The notes below the pieces were generated by a model, which worked only from the letters and a program-made list of their open reading frames with translations, was not told where the DNA came from and ran no database searches. From the NCBI GenBank assembly GCA_002269645.1, contig NIVC01001190.1, positions 186,001-250,000 on the forward strand: a DNA stretch of 64,000 bases, written 5' to 3'. The position numbers and the translations under genes are program-made. The DNA comes from Macrostomum lignano (Eukaryota). This document shows positions 1 to 11,485 of the stretch, in pieces (position 1 is the stretch's first letter; every line of letters begins with the position of its first letter).

Positions 1-789
1 CAGTCGGCAATTTGGCATTTTGCAGAGTGGTTTTCACGCTATGCGAACAACATGTTCTTATAGATTTCGGCAACCCGAGTCGAATATGGCGCCGGTCCCA
101 GCGCGCCAGAAGGTCGTCCAGAAAAGTTATTTGCACTTTTTGCTGTTGCAAAATCGAAACTCCAGTATTGGAGTTTCTACTGTAAAGACTCCAGTATTGG
201 ATCGGTAGTCCAATTGTTTTCTCGGCAGTCCTAAATGTTTTCGTGAACCATTTATTGAAAAATAAAAAAATCAGCACCCAGAAATTGTCAATAATAATAA
301 AAAATAAGTTTTGCTCCAAGTGCGATGTTGAATTTTACTTTATTTTGACTCTGGCTGCCGAAATGTGTGTCTATCTGTGTTATACAATTACTTTCTAGTT
401 TAGTTTAAAAAATAGAGGCGTAAAATGGAGGCTGAAAAATGTTTTGTGTTTTGTGAGTACTAGTAGGTTTCGTTATTGCTACTTGTAGTAGTCGAAGCTG
501 CTTATTAAACCAATGAATATCTTATCACGAAGGCTAAGATATGGATTATCCTTCGTGATTAGCCTGCGAGCTTCGAACTTCTGTGTGAATTCGGTTAGCC
601 AAATTCAAATCCAAATCCAAACTTTGCAGCAGCAGCAACAGGACCAATATGAAGGTGGAGGATTATCTTCAGGCAGGCCCAGAAGGCATGGGTGCTGAAA
701 CAATCGAGCCCGCACCTGTCGGTCTAGGTGATTTAGCTATTAGGATGGGAATAAATCAACACAATCTTGAATAGGTCTCCATGCCTCTA

Positions 790-1008
790 TTCAAGTTTAT
801 GTTGATAAAATCAATCCCACATGAAGAATCTCCCCACCCTAAAACCCCCATTCCCCATGCCCCGGTGGTTGGTTTTAAGCTACATATAATTGGGTTAAAG
901 CTACCAAAAATGGATCTCAAATTTGAAATCAGCACCATCAAAAACCCCTATAGAGACAAAATTATGATCCTATCAAACTTGCAACTATTTTATCAACATA
1001 AACTTGAA
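790..1008. repeat. 22-bp perfect inverted repeat pair (MITE-like)
   Basis: TTCAAGTTTATGTTGATAAAAT at 790-811 and its exact reverse complement at 987-1008, about 175 bp apart; no TSD seen. Confidence 0.45.
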
Positions 1009-1644
1009 GAAGTCCAAAAAGCATAATGAAACATTTCAAGTGGAAAATGGCAAGACAGTTTTATCAAAACAGAAAACAGAAAAACAGTGACACGAACGTG
1101 AGCATGTGTATGTTTTCTTTCCCTCCTCCTTTTTCATCCGGGCTGGGGACCGGCAATGGCGGAGTTAAAAGAGTTGACTAAACGCAAGAACCACGAATTT
1201 GGTGGCCCTGAAAAGGGCCGTTTTAACGTTCAGAAGGGATCACGTTTTTACAGGTCAGTGACCAAGACCTTTCCCAAACCACAACTGCACAAGTGCAGTG
1301 GCGGCGGGCCGCTGCTGCGTGTTGCCAGACTGGCCAGCGTGGCAAGGCTCGGCACCTTGCCAGCGGAACAGCGGGGAGCTGGCGCTGGAGCTGGCACAAC
1401 TGGCCCCTCGCACCATGAATTTTGCCCCCAAAAGCAGCCTGGCCTATTGCAGATTGCGTAGAAATCATTGTCTCTTGGACAATGTTTCCTACGGCACGTA
1501 TTGGCCAGCAAATTTTGGCAGCAGCTTAAATGGTGCAAGGGGCACCACTCAACTTCTGCCAGCTCAGTAGCAGACTGGCGCGACAATAGACAGCCCTGGA
1601 ATCATTTTGTGAACAGAAATGATTATCCCACAAAAAATAAAAAA

Positions 1645-1917
1645 CTAGCCAACATCTAGCCAACTCCCCACCTAGCCACCCAACTGCCCACCTAGCCACC
1701 CAACTCCCCACCTAGCCACCCAACTGCCCACCTAGCCACCCAACTCCCCACCTAGCCACCCAACTGCCCACCTAGCCACCCAACTCCCCACCTAGCCACA
1801 CAACTCCCCACCTAGCCACTGCCCATCTAGCCACCCAACTGCCCACCTAGCCACCCAACTGCCCACCTAGCCATCCAACTCTTCACCTAGCCACCCAACT
1901 GCCCATCTAGCCACCAA
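1645..1917. repeat. 20-bp minisatellite (CCTAGCCACCCAACTCCCCA)n, about 13 copies
   Basis: Directly visible tandem copies with C/G variants. Confidence 0.9.
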
Positions 1918-2456
1918 CGATCCACCTCCGCTTATCTCCGCTCCAGCCTAAAGTAAAAAATGATTAAAAACCAAAGCTTCATGTTTTGTGCACAATAAAA
2001 CCACATTGCGAGCGTGCGAGCGTAAATACGAGCATTTTCACTAGATTTATTTATATTTAATATCAAAAGCAAAAATAGAAAATGACACGTGGTGCACAAT
2101 ATGTTGACACGACCTTTATACCGCCTCCTCTTATCCCGTTCAGAATCCGCTCTCTACTCTACCCACCCTACTCCTTCACTCTACCCATTCTACTCCTTAA
2201 CTCTACCCATTCTACTCCTTCACTCTACCCAACCTACTCCAACACTCTACTCAACCTACTACTACGCTCTACCCAACCTACTCTTAAATTATTACCGTAT
2301 TATTATTACAGGTCAAGCAAGATGAGGAAATAAAAATTAATCGATTTTAGGTTTGCATGACCTGAGGAAATTGGATACAAAAAAGTGTATAGAAAGGATC
2401 ATTAAAATAATAATGCTGACACGACACTGAGTGCGCATGCAACGTTGTGTGGTGGG

Positions 2457-2538
2457 GGGGGGGCCGTAGCCCAGCGGTAGCGCAGCTGCTCTGGTGTGCC
2501 GCGACCCAGGCTCGATTCCAAGTGCAGCCACATTAATT
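2457..2538 (+). mobile_element. tRNA-derived SINE head, 3'-truncated
   Basis: A-box-like TAGCCCAGCGG and B-box-like GGCTCGATTCC; near-identical to the head of the copies at 42620-42984 (-) and 51381 (+). Confidence 0.7.
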
Positions 2539-2539
2539 A

Positions 2540-3325
2540 GGTAACTCTTTAGCAAGCATCCCCCAGCAGACAGCAAGCAGCTTGCTGTCCGCGGGTGCAT
2601 CCGCGGAAAGTATATTGTGCATCAATAGTCATATTAAGTCATGTTAGAAAGAAAAATCCATCGTGTTTTTTCCTTTACTGTTTGTCGAATATGCTGCGTT
2701 ATTCTTCAATACGCGAAGACGAAATTAGTAGATTGAGCTCAGATGAGCTCGATTTCATCACGCATCTTGATCCTCGGGACCATGTCGACAGAATCGGTCA
2801 ATGGACAGGGCTGACGGATGAGCAAGAGAGGCTAATTGATGAGGAACTACGCAATCCTACGCCGGAAGATCACGTTGAAAACCTGTTTCGTTAATTGACC
2901 GAAGAAGAAGAAGCTGGCCTACATCATGTGGAGCAAGAAAGTAAACGGAAGTCGACAGTTAAGCAAACTGAATTGCATATTCGCAAACTAAAAGAGTTTC
3001 TACGCGCGGATAATTTACCTGACCACATCGAGAATATGCCAGTGAGGTATCTCAACTCCTATCTACGCCTGTTCTTCGTTCAGTTTAACTTTAATCAATC
3101 AGACTAAGGTCAGAAGGTATACCGCGTGAGAAATCGAGACTTGTCAATGGACTATTTATCTAATTTTTATCTCATGTTAATGTTAATATCTCATGTTAAT
3201 GCTAATATTAGCTCAAAATATACACATAGTTTCTTTGTGCCCACTTGGGGCCATAGACAACTTTTGCTGGCGGGCAGACATCGTTGCTTTCACCCTCGTT
3301 TCGGCAGGCTTAGGACTGCTACAAT
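2540..3325 (+). mobile_element. Internally deleted Crypton (CryptonA/DUF3504-type tyrosine-recombinase transposon) remnant
   Basis: ORFs 2595-2894 and 2895-3107 are in one frame separated by a single TAA. The segment FR*LTEEE...KSTVKQTELHIRKLKEFL...IENMPVRYLNSYLRLFF resembles the CryptonA/KCTD1/ZMYM N-terminal region. The catalytic region is absent. The end sequence GCTGGCGGGCAGACATCGTTGCTTTC resembles CryptonA 3' ends as I recall them. Confidence 0.55.
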
Positions 3326-3334
3326 TGCATTTTT

Positions 3335-4123
3335 GTGCAAAAGAGTCTGGGGTGTGAAGAACCGCCCAGTCACGAGTGTACATTGTCTTGGGGAAGAGAG
3401 GCTGAGGTGTGAACAACCAGTTAGTCACGAGTGTACATTGTCTTGGGGAAGAGAGTCTGGGGTGCGAACAGCCAGTTAGTCACTAGTGTACATTGTGTTG
3501 GGGAAGAGAGGCTGGGTGTGAAGAACCGCCCAGTCACGAGTGTACGTTGTTTTTGTGGAAAAGAGTCTGGGGTGTGAGGAACCGCCCAGTCACGAGTGTA
3601 CATCGTCTTGGGGAAGAGAGGCTGGGTGTGAAGAACCGCCCAGTCACGAGTGTACGTTGTTTTTGTGGAAAAGAGTCTGGGGTGTGAAGAACCGCCCAGT
3701 CACGAGTGTACATTGTCTTGGGGAAGAGAGTCTAGCGTGTGAGGAACCGCCCAGTCACGAGTGTACATTGTCTTGGGGAAGAGAGGCTGGGTGTGAAGAA
3801 CCGCCCAGTCACGAGTGTACGTTGTTTTTGTGCAAAAGAGTCTGGGGTGTGAAAAACCGCCCAGTCACGAGTGTACATCGTCTTGGGGAAGAGAGGCTGG
3901 GTGTGAAGAACCGCCCAGTCACGAGTGTACGTTGTTTTTGTGCAAAAGAGTCTGGGGTGTGAAAAACCGCCCAGTCACGAGTGTACAATGTCTTGGGGAA
4001 GAGAGGCTGGGTGTGAAGAACCACCCAGTCACGAGTGTACATTGTCTTGGGGAAGAGAGGCTGGGGTGTGAAGAATCGCCCATTCACGGGTGTACATTGT
4101 GTTGGGGAAGAGAGGCTGGGTGT
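3335..4123. repeat. 54-55-bp satellite (GGGTGTGAAGAACCGCCCAGTCACGAGTGTAC...), interrupted by the LTR element and resuming at 8752-8790
   Basis: About 14 tandem units of two alternating variants; the unit continues in register after the 8564-8751 LTR. Confidence 0.9.
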
Positions 4124-7100
4124 TGTAGTGACTCAGACAAAATCGGAGGGTTTGCGAGTGCACGAAGAATCTTAGAAATGGGCCGACTTGCCCTGCAAGT
4201 ATATTTATATATGTGAAGAGTAAGTGCGCGTGAGTCTTACGTAATACATTGCAACACGTGACTAATAATATTTGCGCGCCAATATTGTACATCGCACTGA
4301 ACTACACTACATCTCTCCTCAAATACGGCTTAAAAGCAAAATTTTAAAGTTGGGTTTAAAAAATCTGTTTTTGTTAAATTTCATTCTGTTACAATTTTAG
4401 CAAAAGTCCAGCAAAAAATACAAAAAATCAGATGCTACCGTTTAACAAAAACCTTTTTCAAGCCTTGTAGTTCACGTTCACCTTCGCCGCCCGGGGATGT
4501 GGCCGCAACGCAATGGGCGAGGCCGCTCGCTCGCCTGCGGCTGGCTGCGGCGGAGGCGCATTCACTTCCGGTTGCGGCATCGCTGGCAGCTCGGCCGGAT
4601 TGTCAGGCTCGGACTCCGGTGCCACTCGCTTTAGGTCGGTGCAGTGCCGCCTGCAAACTCTGGCACCCTGTCGTATCGTCGCCGAGTCCGCCTTGATCTC
4701 CTCGATGAGCCAGGGGTCCCACTCGAACGGCGTGTCTCCCTTGAGCGGATTCAGTCGCCGCCGCAGCACTGTGTCGCCAACCTTGAGCTTGTGCGGTCTC
4801 GCCAGTCGCTTCCGGTCTGTGTAGAGCTTGCCTTGCGCCTTTCGAAGTGCGTCGCGCTGCCGAAGCTGCCGGTCCGCGATGGCCACCGGTCTCGACGGTC
4901 TGACCGACGGGATGGAGTCGTTCAGCACGCGACCCATGAGGAGCTCGGCAGGCGCCCGTCCAGTTGTTCGCTGAGGCGTGCACCGATAGGCCAGCAGCCA
5001 CTCGTCAAGGGCCGCTCTCCAGTCGCGCTTCTGTGCGATCGCAGCGCGCACCACCTTGTTGATGGAACGATTCAAACGCTCGGTGGCGCCGTTGGCCTGT
5101 GGATGTAACGGTGTGATGAGGCGCTGCCGAATTCCGTAGCTGTCCAGGAAGCTCTTGAACTGGGCTGAAGAGAACGGTGGGCCGTTGTCAGTAACTAACG
5201 TTTGAGGGATTCCAAACCGGACGAATGAACTCCTCAGTCGAGGGATTAGCGCCTCAGCCGTCGTGGTCTGGACAACCTCCACCTCGGGAAATCGGGAGTA
5301 TTGATCGACGCAGACTAGCAGCATGCTGCCTTGAATGGGTCCTAGCAGATCCGCCCCGAGCGTCAGCCAGGCCGCCTTCGGGATGGGCGTCGGCTTTAGC
5401 GGTGATGCAGTCACGTCAGCGGCATGCGAGGTCGCCAGGCAGGCCCGGCACGTGGCTATGAAGCGCTCCGTCTCCAGTTGCATCCTTGGCCACCAGACCT
5501 TGGTGTTCAGCCGGTCCAGTGTCTTACGTGTGCACTGGTGCCCCCGGTGCGCTAGATCCAGTACAAGCCGTCGGAGCGCCACCGGGACGATGATCCGCTG
5601 GCCCCGTAGGAGCACCCCGTCCACTGCCGACAGTTCGTGACGCAGCGCTGCAGCGACCGCAGTTCTGCTGACTCCAGGCTCCACCGCCCTGTCTCTAAGG
5701 CGCGAATCGCCGCTTGAATTGTTGCGTCCTTTTGCGAGCTCTTCTGTACGCTGGTCAGTGACAGCGCATTTGGTACGGCCGCCTGTACAACAGCGGCGAT
5801 GGAAAGTGCATCCAGCTCTTCGCCCACATTCGGTGCGGGTGTCGGCAGTGGCTGTCGGCTGAGCACGTCTGCCGGGTTGAGCGGGCCCGGCTGGTACTCG
5901 ACTGTGAATTTCATATGCTGAATGCGCAATGCCATCCTTTCGATTCTCGGAGGGGGTCTCGAACTGCTGCCGAACAGAGCAACCAGTGGCTTGTGGTCGG
6001 TTTGCACCGTGAACATCGGCGCGCCGTGGAGGTAGAATTGAAACTTTAAACAGCCGAACTTCACGGCCAACGCCTCTTTCTCTGTTTGGGAATAGCGTTG
6101 CTCAACGTCCGACAGTGTCCGGCTAGCGTATGCGATGGGCCGCCTGGTTCCGTCCGATTGTGTCTGTGACAGGATTGCACCCAGCCCCGCTGGCCCAGCG
6201 TCGACAATGAGTTGCGTCGGAAGACGATGGTTGAAAAAGGCAAGAGAGCCACTTGACGCGATTTGAGACTTGATGTCGCTGAAGGCTTGTCTTTCCAGAT
6301 CGGCCCATGCCCAGGGCTGGCCCTTCCTTGTCAGGTTGCGCAGCGGCTTTGCCAGGTCCGCCAGCCTCGGGTGAATGCGGCCAGGTAGTTGACAAGTCCC
6401 AAGAACGAGCGCACCTCCGTGACATTCGTTGGCTCTGCAAATGCATTAACTGCCTCCAGCTTTGACTCGGTTGGCCTGACTCCGTCCTTCGACAATCGCA
6501 TCCCCATGAAGGTGACTTGCGTTCGTGCCAGCTTGCACTTGGCCGGGTTGAGCGTCAGTCCGTGCTGCGCCAGCCGCTGGAGGCACTCCCGCAGATTGTT
6601 GTGATGCTCCGCCACGCTGTGGCCATAGACAATAATGTCATCGTGGATCCATTTTACTTTTGAAAGTCCAGCCAGCACGGATGACATAACAGCTTGAAGA
6701 ATTTCCTGCGCCGTTGATAGCCCCATGCAGAGTCTCGTCAGCCGCCGAAGACCTCGAGGCGTTGAAAAAGTTAGAAGATGCCGGCACTCCTCTGACACAG
6801 GGATTTGATAGAATGCTTTTGCGACGTCCAACTCTGAGAACAGCGTCGCTCCTGCCATGTCGCCTGTTACCTCCTCAAAGGTCGGTATTGGGTGTCGCTC
6901 CCTGACGACAGACTTGTTTAGCTCCCTCAGATCCTGAGTGATCCTGATCTCGCCAGGAGCTTCTTTGGGGACGACGACGATACGAGAAACCCACGGGCAG
7001 GGTCCCTCCACTGGCTCAATGATGCCTTGTTCTTCTAGGTACTGGAGCTCGGCGTCCACTGCTGGGGCGAGGTGAATTGGCACTCTTGATGGTGGATGGC

Positions 7101-8751
7101 ACACTGGTCTTGCGCCCTCTTCCAGGAAGATGCGGGCTGCGTAGTTCTTAAGACAGCCGATTCCGTCGAAGGCCTGTGCATTTTCCTTGAGGATTTCGTC
7201 TAAAGATGGAGCACCTGGGGACTGCCGAAGGTCTTTTGGAACGCCGGCTAGCAGCCTGTCAGTCGGACACTCCGAGCGTAGCTCACACGCTGCCTTGTCT
7301 TCCGGGCCGACTCGCAGAACTCCTAGGTCTTCCGCGCTCCTGCGGCCTATTATGCAAGCACCCTTTCCGTCCAGCACCAGGAACGGAAGCGTCTCCTGGC
7401 AACCGAAAACGCTGACCTGTAGGTCGGTCTTGCCGAGCAGCTTCAGTGGCTGTTGGCTTCCATAGGGATAGACCCGATCACTGGCTGCTTGGAGCCTGGC
7501 CTTCTGTGGCATCCTTTCGAAGGCCTCTCTGTCGATGATGTTGCAGGCCGCTCCACTGTCGATAAGCAGGGTTGTCTTGAATCCGTTGACGGTGGCTTGA
7601 GTCCATGCTGATCCGCTATTTCGGAGGCTGAAAAGCTCGTGCTCAGTGGAGTTGTCCTGCAGATATTCGACTTGCCCGTGGGAGCGATCGTCCGGTTCGT
7701 TGACAGCTCTCACGGGTATTCTGGACGTTCCCCGACATGCCCGGGCGAAATGGCCAATCTTACCGCAGCGTCGACATGCCTTGTCTCTAGCAGCCTCGCA
7801 CGTTCGATGACCCGGCCGTCCGCAGCGCTCGCAGCTGATGCCACCGTCCTTCATTGCAGGATCCCTTCTGAATGGCTGCGACGGTCGTGCTCGGGGTGGG
7901 CCTAGCGCTGCCACGTTCGCGGTCGTCATGGCGCCGGCGCCACCTGAGCTGTTTTCTTCCATGGCCTGTGCCTGTTGCTCCGCAGCTTCCCTTGCTCGGA
8001 TTCGCTTCAGTACGTCAGCTAGACAGATATCGTTCAGCTGAAGGAGCTCCCTTCTGATCTTCTCCGATCGGTAGTGGGCGACCACCTTGTCCCTGATGAG
8101 AGAGTCCCGTAGTTCTCCGAATTCGCATTGATCCGCGGCCTTGCGCAGCCGATGGTACCACGCATCGATGGACTCCCCCTCCTCCTGTCTGCAGGTCTCG
8201 AATTGGTACCGGAGGAAGACGACGCTGTTTTTCTGGTCGAAGATCTCTTGTAGCTTTTGGATGAGCTCGTTTGTAGATTTTCCTTTTTGAACACTGTTGT
8301 CTTCCATAAAGTCTTCCAACTTATCTCCCGCTGTGTAGACCAGCAACTCCAGCTGTTGTGTCGCATCTGTGATGCCAGCAGCGCGAATGTAGCTATTGAA
8401 CCTCCGTGCCCAAGTCTTCCATCTCTGGGCTCGTGTGAGTGGATCGCTATCGATATCAAATGCATCTGGTGCAGTGAGTTGCAAAGCTTGGGCCATGTTT
8501 GTGTGGCTGGAACCGCGCTGAGTTAGAGAGTGATGATCAGTCAATAGTTTGCTTGCGACGCCATGTAGTGACTCAGACAAAATCGGAGGGTTTGCGAGTG
8601 CACGAAGAATCTTAGAAATGGGCCGACTTGCCCTGCAAGTATATTTATATATGTGAAGAGTAAGTGCGCGTGAGTCTTACGTAATACATTGCAACACGTG
8701 ACTAATAATATTTGCGCGCCAATATTGTACATCGCACTGAACTACACTACA
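4124..8751 (-). mobile_element. Ty3/gypsy LTR retrotransposon, full length, 4628 bp
   Basis: Two identical 188-bp TG...CA LTRs (4124-4311, 8564-8751); 5-bp TSD GGTGT (4119-4123, 8752-8756); PBS TGGCGTCGCAAGC abutting the 5' LTR (8551-8563); PPT GAGGAGAGA abutting the 3' LTR (4312-4320); domain order gag-PR-RT-RH-IN. Confidence 0.97.
4458..8496 (-). pseudogene. gag-pol polyprotein (about 1346 aa if repaired) with two 1-nt deletions near 6375 and 5655
   Basis: CCHC knuckle (CRRCGKIGHFARAC), protease LIDSGA, RT (ELDVAKAFYQ, IHDDIIV), RNase H (IAYASRTL, TDHKPL), integrase (AHRGH...CRAC, D-D35-E: ADLLG, TDNGP, ERLNRS). Frame steps between ORFs 6331-8580, 5552-6070 and 4458-5684 are each one missing base. 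Confidence 0.92.
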
Positions 8752-8829
8752 GGTGTGAAGAACCGCCCAGTCACGAGCGTGTATTGTCTTGTAGAGCAAA
8801 TAGAGAGCAAATGTGAGATTCAGATTTGG

Positions 8830-9760
8830 TTTCTGGTTTTTAATGTACATGGAATTGAGTATATCGAGCCTAAAGTGAGTCCCACAATGATCAATGATTT
8901 TGAACTGCTAGAAAATGAAGGGCGGCCTGTGCTGACGCCGAAGGCTTCCCAGGAACGCAGCTGGCTGAGGTAGGATCGCCAGGAGTTCTCCGCCAGGTCG
9001 AGGCGGGCACAGGTGTCCGGCGGACGCAGCCGAGGGACGGGCGGCGTCTCCGGAGGGCGAGGTCGACCTGCAAAAGGATGCGAGTAGTAGAGAACGCGAA
9101 CTCAAGCGGGCAGATCACGAGCTCCTGCTTTCTGAATGTGAGGGAGCCATTCTCCGTTGTGGCGACCAACTGCTCCTGACTGGCTGGGCCGGGTCCTCTG
9201 GATAGCTCGATGTGGTCTCTGACGAGATGCAACTTGCAAGTCGGAGCCTGACAATTAGCGGCATGAAGCTGAGCCGCCTCCCTTATCCTAGATTCAAAAA
9301 CCTCGGGCAACTGCAGACCGGCATGTGAATTTTTGCTCACCTGATGATGATGCTGGCGGGACTGAGCCGTCAAGCGCTGCTGAGTGCGAAGCTGTTGCTG
9401 AAGATCCCGACGACGGCCTTCCAGGACTTGCAGTTCGAGCAGCGCCACATCCTGCTGCAGCGCCGCCAGCTGGTCGCTCCCCGCCCCCGGAGGCGCCTCG
9501 CCCGCGCAGCTGATGCCGTCCTCGGCTTCCGGAGCAGAAGAAGTATCTCGGAGTCGTTGAAGTCTTCGTCAGCTTGCTCTGAGCCGAGTGCAGTGGACAA
9601 GCGCTTGGTGTGCTGTTTTTTGCGGCCTGCAGTGTGGCCTCTGTTTTGCAGCTCAGCCTTGAGTTGGCGCACGTTGAGTCGCTTTGGGCTGGTACTCATG
9701 ACGGTGGCTGAGCAAAAGTTGAGAAATGGCGGCGGAGACAAGCCGGGCCGGGTGTAGAGA
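8830..9760 (-). mobile_element. Probable DIRS/Ngaro-like (tyrosine-recombinase retroelement) deleted remnant
   Basis: SAP-like start (LNVRQLKAELQNRG...KRL), coiled coil, gag-like segment (QLVATTENGSLTF...EFAF), then in another frame DLAENSWRSYLSQLRSWEAF...GRPSF, resembling the SAM-like N-terminus of YR integrases. No RT or catalytic YR residues remain. Confidence 0.4.
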
Positions 9761-10371
9761 CTTTAAGCTGGCCGGCACAGCCAACACCCCCACACCTGCC
9801 CCCACACCTGAACCCCCGACAGAGTACAGATGCATGTACAGCGGCAACACCCGGTGCGTCTAACACACCCTACTCAGAGAGTAACCATTGCAAGAAAAAG
9901 TAAAGAAAATACTGCATTTTTTAAGTTTGCAACTCGGCAAATAAGTCACTGTTGGTGTCCTCTTTCACAAATGTCGTAATATACTCACTAGAATTTATTT
10001 ATGTCAAGTGGCTCGTATTTGAACGCATTCTAGTTTGGCATCAAACAGGGTTGATTCTGGACAGATCTTTATTTCTTTAGTAATCGAGTCTACATTTGAA
10101 AACACAGCAGATTTAGCATCGGATTGAACATTTTCTCCAGGAACACTTTGCATATTAATTGAATTTGAGTTGCGCGAAACTGGAGCAGCTCCAAATCGCT
10201 GAAGTCTGAAATAATAAAATTCAAAAAATGTCTAGAATAAATACTTGGATTAAAAGTTTCGAAAAAGTCAACTACTAATTTCTTCTCAACTTAGCGCGTT
10301 TCCGAACTCAAGTGACGAAAAGTTCAGTTTAGTAAACTACAGCAGGCGTAAAGCCTTTGAAGTGAGAATCA

Positions 10372-11485
10372 CTATTCTATGTCGAATGGTGACAGGCATT
10401 CACAAAACGTGCCATCTACATGGCGATGTTTGGTTTTCAAAGACATCGGACAGTCGTTCAGCAATTTAAATCCGTCCCCACCGCACGCAACACTTTCTCC
10501 CACGCCTGTATGTTCATAGTTACTGGGCTCTCCTTTCTGCCACAGACTGGGATCGATGGGGATCCGGCAGGTGTGCCAAAACCAGCCGCCTGCCGGTTCC
10601 TTGCTTCCGGGATCTTGACTGACTCCAAGGAAGAAGCTCGGGGAATTCCGTGGCCGTCTGAACCATCTGGCATGCAGCTCCGACAAGTAAAAGTACTTGG
10701 CCCTGTCGATCGGCTCGGCCATGATGGTGAGTCCCCGCTCCGCGTTGCAGCTGGCCAAGCCCGAGTCCCAGCGACATGAGCGTGGCCGAGCAAGCTTGTA
10801 CTTCACGCCACACCTGGCGAAGGATTGGGAAGAGAAGCGATATCGCCTTCGACTCTCGTAACAAGGACACTGCGTTCGATTCTCGATGTAACTGAAATTA
10901 TTCTGGGGCTATTCGTGGAATTCGAGTTCATTAGGACCAACCTGAAAGCACAGAGTGACAAGCATTGAGGGCGGCCCATGGGTCAGCAAAGCGGCAACAC
11001 TTCCTCCTTGCTAGCTGGCACACAGGAAACCCAAAAGACAGCCCAGGGCGCTAAGCGAAACAAAAACGCAGACACCTGTCGTGATGAAAGTCGGCCGGAC
11101 ACAAGGTGCCCGGTCGCAAGCCCGGCTGTCGCCTCACGTACAGCTTGGCGGCGCGATTGCAGCTGCACTTGCGCACGTTCTTGCTGCACTTGTCAAACAA
11201 AAACAGTCTGCAGTGTCCACCCATCGTTGTGAAGGCTTGGCAGGTCTTGAATAAACTGCAGACTGCTGCGCATCTCTTGCGCGATTTTATGAAAACGAAT
11301 CTTGAAACGTACTTGGACTCGATGCAGTCCCGGCCGAACTGTTTGAGCTTGGAATAGGTGTACAGTTTATATTTGGGCTGGAGTGGAAAGAGATGGAGTG
11401 GAGAGAGACGAAAAGAGATGGTCGCGCGCTTCACCGTGACATGATGCTGTGATTCCCCAGAAGCGACGAGATGAAATTCTTTCAA
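10372..11485 (-). CDS. PAN/apple-like + C-type lectin domain protein; exons ?-11435, 11377-11076, 10813-10372; N-terminus unresolved
   Basis: CAAVCSLFKTCQAF...CRLF (PAN-like). The GT-AG intron 11075-10814 joins in frame to give CPADFHHDRCGVKY...WDSGLASC...FFLG...WFW...WQKGEPSN...LNDC...FCEC (CTLD motifs). An in-frame 57-nt GT-AG intron lies at 11434-11378. Confidence 0.75.

Noticed and set aside
20-1711. Short ORFs at the window start and other ORFs under 130 aa in AT-rich regions
   Set aside because: No recognisable domains or consistent splice chains.
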